Below the pieces are notes generated by a model, which was not told the DNA's origin, searched no databases, and saw nothing but the letters and a program-made list of their open reading frames with translations. A DNA stretch of 64,000 nt from Azolla caroliniana (taxonomy: Eukaryota > Plantae > Polypodiophyta): contig JBHGNT010000013.1 of the NCBI GenBank assembly GCA_043228905.1, positions 19,096,001 to 19,160,000 on the forward strand, in the 5' to 3' direction. The position numbers and the translations under genes are program-made. Each line of letters opens with the position of its first letter. The stretch's first letter is position 1. Of this stretch, positions 51,668 through 61,204 are shown piece after piece.

Positions 51668-54600
51668 TTGCAGGCAACCCTCACCGGATGAACAAATCGT
51701 TTATGCGTACACAGATCAGTCAAATACACGCCCACACAGTGGGGAAAACGCAAACAAGAAGACACAAGGAGTCTCAATTACAACGACCGTTTGGATTACA
51801 AAATTTCTCGGTTACAACCAGCTAGCTAGGAATAGACCTGGAAACCCTGCAGAGACTGATTAGAAGGTAGGTAGGTAGATAGAGGAGAGAGAGCTTGGTT
51901 CCCAGTCTGATAACACTTCGTCCTTCCCAAAAAAAAATATATCTCTTGACTTCTCCCTCCCCCTCCTTTTATAGGTCGTCAAAGGGGGGAGGGGACCGTT
52001 ATACCTTGATACACTACTTTTATTCCCTATCCCTTCGGTCAAGGATATACTTCGATTCCCAAGACCTTTCAACGCGTGCTTACCTAGTATGTTCACAATG
52101 GTTGATTGTATCCTACTTATGTACAAGTCACGCCCTTTATTCCTCAATTTCTCCTAGGGATGGTTTTCTCCACGACATCCACCCCCACCAAACCGCACGT
52201 CCACCGATACGTGCCAGATTGTCCATCTGCCGGAGAAGGCCAACCCGTGATCATTCTTCATCCTCCGAGTCACCGTCCGCCCTGGTCCAGCCGTTACCGT
52301 CATTCATGCTTGCTAGGTCGGCTGTTTCTTGAACACCTTTATCCGCTTACCAGCCACCGGTACCGCTATCCGCTCTCCGTCAAGCTCAGCAAGATGATAC
52401 GTGCCGTTGTCGTTCGCGCTCGTCACGGTGTAGGGCCCGAACCATCTCTTCGCAAACTTACGTGCTGCCTTGTGTTGATTGTCAAGGCTGCTGTCATAGA
52501 CTAGCACCCAGTCGCCTTCTTCGATCTTCTTTGGTCGCAGTCGATGTGTTCGGTCGAACCAGTCTTTGTTCATTTCCCTTGCCGCACGCAGCTTCGCCTT
52601 TGCCCGTTCCACGTCCGCCGGTCTTCACTCGAGTTGTCGAATCCACGATTGGCCCATGCCCGCGCTCTACCTTTCCGTTTGCCTCCGGATTGTACGCCGT
52701 GGTGAGAGAGAGCTTGACTCCTAACCGATCGAACAACTCCTTAGCTTCTTGCGCGTCCAGCTCTCCTCGGCCCGCCATGATCTTCCCTACACACCCGTAC
52801 CGGCATACTACTTCTTCAATCAGGAACCGGCAGACTGCCGCAATCATCTTGTTTTGTAGTGCGCGACCCTCCACCTGGTTCCTCAAATCCTCCCGTGCTA
52901 GTACCAGGCATTTGCCCTACTCCCATCAGCATTGTTACTAAGTCCACCATCCACTTGAAATGGACGGTTGGCGGGTAGGTTGGGTGTAGCTCATCCTGAT
53001 GCCGGATTGAGGAGTGCATCTGGCAGTTTTCACATGTTGTCACGAATTGGTGCACATCCCGATACAGCCCCGACCACCAATACTTCTCCTTCAGCTTCTC
53101 GAAGGTGGCCCAAGTGCCGCGGTGTCCGGAACAAGGACTCTTGTGGTACGCCATTAACAACTTGTCTTGCTCGTCCTTTCCCGCCACTACGCGGAGCGGA
53201 ACGCCGCCTCGCTTCTTTGGGATCTTCCATATACTTTCGTCCCTTAGGAAGAATCAGTACGCTTTCTTTCGGATCCGGTTAGCCTCCTCTCTGGTCCATG
53301 CTACGTCTGGCGTCATTGTCCTCAGGAACCTTCCAATCTGGAACCACTCCCCATCGTACTTGCTCTCGCTGAACTCGTTAAGCGCCAGAGTGTTGCCTGC
53401 CCTTGTTGCTATGCGAGACGACTCGAAGAAGTCTACGCCGACTTCTTCGTCCTCTGAAACCATGCCGTTCTCGTCGTCGAGCCGTGCTCTAGAAAGCATA
53501 TCGCCCATGGTGTTGTCCTTTCCGGAGATGTGTCGTATCTCCGAATCTAGGGACTTAATGTACGCGACCTACATGAGCATCGCTAGGTCCGGAGTCACGC
53601 ATCCAGAAACCATACCGAGGATCAACAGGCAGTCCATCTCGATGATTACTTCTGTCCCAATCAAGTAGTCCCTATTGGTCTTGACCACAGAAACGATACC
53701 CCACAACTCGCGATTAACTTGGGCGTATCTTCGATGTCGCTCACTGAGAACCTTCATCCCGAACTGGATCGGGAATCGCATGCTGCTCTCGTCCTCCTGA
53801 TTGATCACCCATCCTATCCCGGTCGGGCTCGTATCTACGGTTACGTAGATTGGGACCTCCTTGCCGTAAACCGCTTTCCGGAGAGTCGGTGCTGCAACAA
53901 GCGCTTCCATCAGTCTCCGGATCGACTCCGTATGCTCCTCACAAGCGCTTTCTTCAGTAGCCCGTAGAGCGGTTCTGCTATGTGCGCGTAATGCGGGACC
54001 CAGATGTGGTAGAATGCACACGCCCCTAGGAACCTCCGCACCTCTGTTACTAACTTCCATTCCTCCTTCATCGCGGAAATGGCTTCGACCTTTGCCGGAG
54101 ATGGTTTCCAGCCATAAGGCCCGCACAAGTGACCGACCACTAAGATTTCTGATTGACCAAAAGCCGATTTTTCTCTGGAGAAGGTGAGCCTCGCCCTTTC
54201 AAGCCTCTGTAGCACCTTCTCACAATCGTCGATGTGGTCTGCCATGAACCTCCGACATCCGTCCGGCCCAACCGTTTCATCCTTCTCCTCCATCGGACAC
54301 CCTTTTATCGGGATGTCGTCTAGGAACAACATGGTGATGTTCGGGATGCAATCCCTCAACAACCTTGTTCATTGCATTCACCATGTGTGCCACCGAGTTG
54401 GTTCCTCCTTGCGGCAAGGTACACATCCGCACTAAGCCGAAAGGAGTCTGCATCGTCGTAATGTCCTTGCTCTCCATGGCTAGTTGGAACTGGTCGTACC
54501 CTGAGTATAGATCACCGACTGAATAGATTGACCTCCTGGCAAAGGCTTCCGCGAACTCGTCAATGGTTGGTCCTATCCCTGCGTTCCAAATGGTCACCTT

Positions 54601-56992
54601 GTTGACCGGTTGCAGATCCTGAATGAAGTGCAGAGCGCCGTTCTTCTTCGGCATGGTAAACCACCGGTTCGAATATGGGGCACTCGATGGCTCAAGGATG
54701 CCCATCTCCACCTTCTGTTTCAACAGCTCCATCAGCTTCAAGATGTGAGCTCTGGGTACTGGAATTGGTTTGAGATTCCACGGCACATGCGGTACTGTGA
54801 AGATCGCCATTGGTTCCACGATCGTCGGGTCCACGCACCCGATCTCTTCCGGCGAGAATACAAAGGCCTTCTCGTGCCTCCCGAGCATTTCCCGAAACCG
54901 TTCCTCTGCCGACAGTAGGAAACCACCCCCACCGACCTTGAGCTCCTGTAACGTCATGTCAGTGAATCAATGTCCTATGCCGGCCGGATCTCGTAGACTT
55001 GGGTCCGATGCGACCCCTTTTATCCTTTCCCTGCTGCCCTTCGGCAAGGGTGCCACGACTAGCCTCACCTTCCGGTCCACAGTCTTGTACTTGGTATCCA
55101 CATGGGCCGTCCGATCAGACCCAACCCCTTTCCCGAAGTTAGTGATTACTTTGTACATCTCCAAGGAATTAACCGGGATCATCCGTTCCTCACTGAGGCC
55201 TTCTTTGAACACCTTCCGTAACTCCCCCAAGGTGTTGTCAAAAGAGACCGCCTCCACGACGCCGCTAACTTCTTCACCAGGGGCGAGGACTCCGCATATC
55301 CTGAGTCGTTCCTTTGCTCGCTTCTTTTTCCGATCATTGACGTTGGCTAAAGTACAACCTCCGTTCTCGGAGAACCAAAACTTCCTACGTATGGTACATG
55401 TGTGGGGTTCTTCCGGTGTGTCCGGACTACAACGGCCCCATGCCTTGATAGCCCTCTCTAAAAATCCCCTCGGTTATCGCCGCCAAGGGTCTCGTGGTTC
55501 CTCTCATGGTTCGGCCTTACTGTTAGGAATTGGACGGAGTGTCGTCCATCTTGGCTTCTTACACGCGCGTACGCTAACCCATTATCAAGCACCTTTGTTT
55601 CCATGCGTGCCACCGTAATGTACGGTTCGCCGAGTATCACTGGGTGCGAGGACGTTTCCTGCACAAAGAAATGTTGATCTACCTCGACATCCCCAATCTT
55701 CACACGTATATTTGGGCACACCCCATGCAGCTCCTTTGTAGCGCGCGTTGCCGCTCGTATCTTCCAACCGTGCTTGGTGTTGATTGGCCACTTCCCCTTC
55801 TTGTAGAAGTCCATGGACATCAGGTTTATCTCCAAACCATGGTCTATCTCCAAACCATGTTCTATCTCCAAACCATGGTCTATCAATGCAACCACCCGCT
55901 CCTGCACGTCCCCGATCCGGACAGGGGTTTTCGTGGTGGCCCTGGCCCAGTGTAACTTTGAGTAGTCGCTATCCGCAAACTCGTCTTCTAGGGCCGCATC
56001 CTCCAGGTGCGCCGTCCACACCTCCACCAGCTTCTTCGGTTCCGCCTCTGTAGAGAACCGCTTGCGCTTCACTAAATCCACAATGGAGTCGTGGAATTCC
56101 TTCTTCGCGATCCCAAGCACTTCCCGCAAAGATAGCTCGACCTTGTTGTCGAGGATCCGTTCTTCTAGAACCTTTCGCAGGTCCGTCATTCTTTCAATTT
56201 CGGTGCTTAGCCGGTAACCGGCCGACCTAACTTTATCCGGCGTTCCCAGTTTGCCAGCTTCACTCTTCTTCGGCCTGAACCGGGTCTCGTACCGTTGCGA
56301 GGGTCCGGTCCCTCCAGCCTTCCCGGCGCGCTTGTCTTCTACCAGAATCTCATAATTCTGGCACGCGGCCTCCACGAAACCGATCTTTTCCTCAACCGGA
56401 TCGTCCCACCCGGTAATCTCCCGGACCCGCTGCTCAGCGCGGTGTTGCGAAAATACGACGAGGACACGTGAACGTGAAGGCAAGACCCCAGGGCCTTTGA
56501 CTAGAGGATATCAAATTCGTGTATTTATGTACTAAGAATTAACCGAAATTAGAAAGATTAACAAATTTCATTAACAAGTAGAAAGAAAGATTACAATTAA
56601 TCCCAAGATTGGGATTACAAAAAGTTTGCTAATGGAGATGGTTAGAGTAATAGATTAGAAGAAATGAGATATGGATTTAATTATTAGAATATTAGGGTTT
56701 TTAGATTCAATTCAAAAATTAGGGTTCTTGAGTTGTATGGCTTTGATTAGGAAATTAGGGTTTACTTGAGGGATATGGCTTCGATAAGATAGGGGAGCTA
56801 AGAAGGAAAAGAAAAACAATATAATATGGAGAGAGCGTATGGAGAGCCCGAGTGTAGGAAAAAAAAGGAATTTTATATGGAGTTTTTCCTTGATCATCTG
56901 CATGTCCACTTTTTGTTGCATGGCCTCTACTTTTGGTGAGGCTCCATTTTTTATTACTTTACTTTTTTATTGATGTACCCGAATCACCATTG

Positions 56993-58873
56993 TCATCTGA
57001 TCCACCATATTCTTCGTTCAGTCTTTGCATTTCCATGACCGATTGTTGTGGCTCTCTTTGCTCCTCTAGAGCATAATGCTTCACTCTTTATGCATGTGCC
57101 ACCTTCATCTCGGCCATCTCCTTGGTTATCTAAGTTTCTTTTATCATCCTTTCTTGTTCCATGCATGCCTTTCAAAGGCTTTATCGAAATACTATTGTTG
57201 AGTACTCTCAACGATTCATTATTTAGTGTCATGCTCTCCTCTAGGTGCTTAAGTGACCACACCACATGTTTCCCACTTTGTCCACTTTCTTGGTATACTC
57301 TTGTGTTGGAATTGACCATGACTTCTACGCTAGTATTATCCTTGTTAGATTTTGTGATCACATCTTTCGTATCCGCTTGGTCCACTTGGCCCACATCTTT
57401 GCTTTTTGAGGTTTGCTTGGTCTATTTGTCGCACACATTTGCTTTTGTCATTTTGCTTTGCTTTACTTCCTTGTTACACGCATTGGCTTTAACCCTTGCT
57501 TCCTCGCCGCCATTGTCCATCTCTTGGGTCTTACATTGGTTAATGCCCAAGTCTCTCAAACGAGTGTGGAGGAATTTTGTAATTTGGCGTTGCCTTTGTC
57601 GTGCTATTCTTTGCCATTTCCACCTTATGGTTGTTCGTATTAGCTTTGACCTTTCTTTCTTCGCCACCACCTTCTGTCTCTTGGGTCTTACATCGGTTAA
57701 TGCCCAAGTCTCAAGAACTTTTGTGGGGAAAGTCTCTTCATGATGGTTGTCTACCCTCTTTGGCTTGATGTCATTCTTCATGGCTATCTCTTTAGACTCA
57801 TGGGCCTCGTACCCATTAATCCTCTTGTTCGAGCAAGCCTCGATTATTCTCCCCTCTTCTTTGCATGTGTTAATTTTGGCCTTCACTTCCTCGCCGCCAC
57901 CTTCCGTCTCTTGGGTCTCACGTTGCCTTTTCGACACAACTGCCCAAGTCTCTAGAACAAGTGTGGAGAAAATCTCGACACGGCCATCCGCCATTGACTC
58001 GTCCATAGCCATCTCTGACTCGATGTCATTTTTCATGGCTATCTCCGCAATCAAATTGGCCTCACACTTTTTATCTCCCACGATCATGGAAGCTTTGCTC
58101 ATGCTAGCACCTTAATCACTTGATGTTTCAGACACAATATGTGTTCCGAAACATTTGTCTTCGCTTGAAGTTACATTCGCCACCCTCAATTCATTGGTTT
58201 CTTTCTTCGTCATTCTTTCTTTGCAAGATGAGAAGGTCTCTTGTTCCACACCTTCTTCTGTGGTTACATCGTGGTACCGAACCTGGGCCTTTGTATCAAC
58301 CATAACATTAATCCGCATTTGTTGGCAGGCCTCTTCTTCCTCGCTCATCATTTGCTTCAATTTTTTCTCCTTTTGAAGCTTCTCTTCAGCCTCAACTTGC
58401 GCCTTTAAGTTCTCGAATGCCTCTTCCATCAAGACTTCTGTGTCGATTATTGTTGAACATTCCCTCTTCGAGTTTTCTTCTTTAGGTGGTAGTTTGTAGT
58501 TGCATCCCGTCCTCCTTTCACCATCTGTCATGGGTTGTGTTGTTGCCGATGAGAATCTTGTCTTCCTCTTATCGTGAAGTCGACATACTCTTTCCACTTT
58601 AGTCCAATCTTCTGTGACTCGGCCATTTGCACCATCGTCATCTTCAAGTCGGATTTCAATGGCATTCCTTTCCTTCCGATCTATCGATTTCACAAACATT
58701 AGGACTTTTTCCACCCCCACCAATCTTTGATCCCGCTCCGAGAGTTGTGCAAAGCGACACTCGAACTCAATGAAAGCATGCATGGCACTTTGGTGGGTTT
58801 TTAATGATGATACCCATTGGTCGAACTCGTATAGTTTGCATCTCTTCGGCTCTTTGTATCTATATGCCTCCAT
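56993..58873 (-). pseudogene. Gag-derived ORF (about 627 codons, two in-frame stops) with a long charged repetitive tail
   Basis: ORFs 58112-58873, 57422-58102 and 56993-57394 share one frame. The N-terminal FIEFECRFAQLS..VLMFVKSID..TEDWTKVERVC aligns with host gag FREFEERFTRLS..VLLFVKSVD..TTDWAMV. Confidence 0.8.
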
Positions 58874-59679
58874 AAGATATCCTCCTGCCGCCTCGTTTCA
58901 CGTTGGGTTCACCAAAGATGTCGCAAAAATACGACGAGGATACATGAACTTGAGGCAGGACCCCGGGGCCTTCGACCGGAAGATATCAGATTCGTATGTT
59001 TATATTAAACAATTAATGGAAAATGAGAAAGATTAACAAATTTCATTAACAAGTAGAAAGAAAGATTACAATTAATCCCAAGATTGGGATTACAAAAGTT
59101 TTATCTTAAGGAGATTACTAGAATAATAGATTAGAGGAAATAAGAGATTATGATTCTTGAGTGATATGACTTTGATAAGGAATTTTGGATTTTGAGAGAT
59201 ATGGTTTCTGTAGGGAAATTTTAGGGTTTATGGCTTCTTTAAGGAAATTAGGGTTTTTGAGTGTTATGGCTTCCGTAGGGAATTTAGGGTTTATGAGAGT
59301 TATGGCTTCCCTAAGATAAGGGAGCTGAGAAGGAAAAGAAAATTAATGGAGAGAGAATGAGTGTAGGAAAAAAATGGAATTTTATATGGAGTTCTCCCTT
59401 GATCATTTGCATGTCCACTTTTTGTTGCATGGCCTCTACTTTTAGTTGCTTAGCTTTTTCTTTTAGTTGCATGGCTTTTTCTTTTAGTAGCATGCGACCG
59501 TCCACATGACCTTTACTTTTTGCATGCACTCCAACTTTAGTTGCTTGCGTCCACATGCCCTTTACTTTAGTTCTCTTCTCTTTACTTTAGTTTGTTGCAT
59601 GATCCAATCTTCCATCTGTCCGCGTCCAACCTCGTCCGGTCGCCAATTGCCACCGCCTCGCCAGCTCTGCCGCCGGATC

Positions 59680-59780
59680 CGGTTTGCTTACCGGCCGGTT
59701 TCCGGTTTTGCTTTCCGGTCGGTTTCCGGTTTTGCTTGCCGACCGGTTTCCGGTTTTGCTTGCCGGTCGGTTTCTAGTTT
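59680..59780. repeat. 24-bp tandem repeat (ccggtttccggttttgcttgccgg-like), about 4 copies, inside the LTR
   Basis: Visible tandem units. Confidence 0.85.
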
Positions 59781-61204
59781 TTGGGAACTTAGCCACCATC
59801 ATCCATCAAGTCAAAGTGGCCAAAGTGCTCTTAACACAAATGAAAAATGAGGCAGCTCAAGGTGCTTATATAGCCAGGGCCTTAAGTTTCCTATCTATGT
59901 GGGATAATTCTAATTTCCTATCTTCTCAAACTTCATTTTCACATAACTTGATAAGTATTTCTCCATTTTGTATATAGTAAAATACGTTTTGAAGCTCTTG
60001 AGTATATGCATCTTTCTATAGTAAGCTACTAATCTAATCTATAATAATTATTTCATTATTTTTTTACATAGTGTGTGAAGATTCACACGATAGCGGTCCG
60101 TCTCTTCTCTCCTTAACCGGAACCCGGAGAGGCCTTCTAGCACCGACGACCAGAACTCAGAGTTTGTCGCTTTCTTATCTTCACTTCCACTGAACCAGAT
60201 CCCAACCGATGCCGAACAGTGGATGGCCTCTAGATGGCGCGCCTCCGCCTCTTCCATTAGTCGCTTCATTCCGCCGTGTTCGAAGTTCGTTTCTACAGCC
60301 CTCCGAGTATCACTAGCGTGCACTCGCCCGTTCCACAGGTATACCACGTTACTTCTGAGCGCCTTGGAAAACTCCACGCAGTCTCGCCGGTTGTGTCCAA
60401 CCGCATCACACCATATACACCGTTGCCCACCCGACGGCCTCCGGTCGTGTGGCGGCCCTCCACTTTCTCTCTGGGCTTGCGCAATCTGCAAGTCGCGCAC
60501 CATTTGTGTCAGCTCCTCAAGAGCCGCTCTGCTGGATGGGCCCTTGACCACGCCGGTCGACGCTGGGCCATTTTCAAGCCAACCCCGGGTTTCCTCCTTC
60601 CGTGTTGACGAAGGCTCGTCGAACTTCCTTGCCGGGGTGGGTCCCGTCACCGACGACTTCTTGTCGCCCCACTCTCGTCGTTTGTCAAAGCGGCTGCAGA
60701 CCCCTTGACCATGGCCCAATCGGTCGTCAGCCCATTATTTGTCTCCATTAGGAGACCCACCTGGTCCCTATCTTGCGCGTCCACCGATTTGACGAATAAC
60801 AAGACACAGCTCGTGTCCAGCACGGTCTTGCCCAGCGTTGAGAGCCGCGTGAAGCGTTCCTCGAACTCCCGGAAGAGCGCCGATGCATTCCTCCCCTTTC
60901 CGGGGGTTTCCACCCACTCCATGAAGTCCCGTTTCGATAACCGAAGCGCGTCATCAATCCCGTACCTTTCGAGGAGCCATGCTTCGAGTTCTCCCCAGGT
61001 CCGACATCCGACCTGCACCTCGAGCATCTCTACGTGGATGCTCGGTGTCACCACCCAAGGGAACTTGGCCAGACGTCTATCCTCCGGAATGTCTCTCATC
61101 ACCATCTCGGCTCAGTAGGCCATCAAATAGCTCGTGGCATCCTTCCCATCGAATCGGCCTATCGTGCCGACAATTGCTTCAATAGCCCTGTCGAGGGCGC
61201 CCGT

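Larger units (their letters stand above)
56443..60092 (-). mobile_element. Non-autonomous gag-only LTR element (5' LTR 58919-60092, truncated 3' LTR 56443-about 56934), tRNA-Trp PBS, TSD GCGG
   Basis: 56443-56934 repeats 58919-59440. PBS 58897-58914 reads TGGTGAACCCAACGTGAA on -. GCGG at 56439-56442 and 60093-60096. Removing it restores host REETDRAEQRVR. No pol motifs. Confidence 0.88.
51557..61204 (-). mobile_element. Ty3/gypsy element copy 1 (non-chromovirus), decayed; 3' LTR 51557-52177; interrupted by 56443-60092 and again at 61205
   Basis: Order gag (CIWCDAVGHNRRDC), protease (ALIDHG), RT (LPQG, FLDD), RNase H (VDTSPTGIG), integrase (H..H..CENC, WMVDLV, NGKVERG). PPT-like TGGGGGTGGA is next to the LTR. 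Confidence 0.93.

Noticed and set aside
54770-55618. 282-aa plus-strand ORF and similar ORFs within the gypsy and copia bodies
   Set aside because: Antisense open frames are expected in GC-rich retroelement coding sequence.
57048-57743. 231-aa hydrophobic plus-strand ORF resembling an env or membrane protein
   Set aside because: It is antisense to the Lys/Glu-rich gag-derived frame, which yields hydrophobic codons automatically; there is no independent support.
59311-59556. 81-aa coiled-coil-like ORF in the LTR
   Set aside because: It arises from a 21-bp tandem repeat and is only partly present in the other LTR; there is no evidence of coding function.
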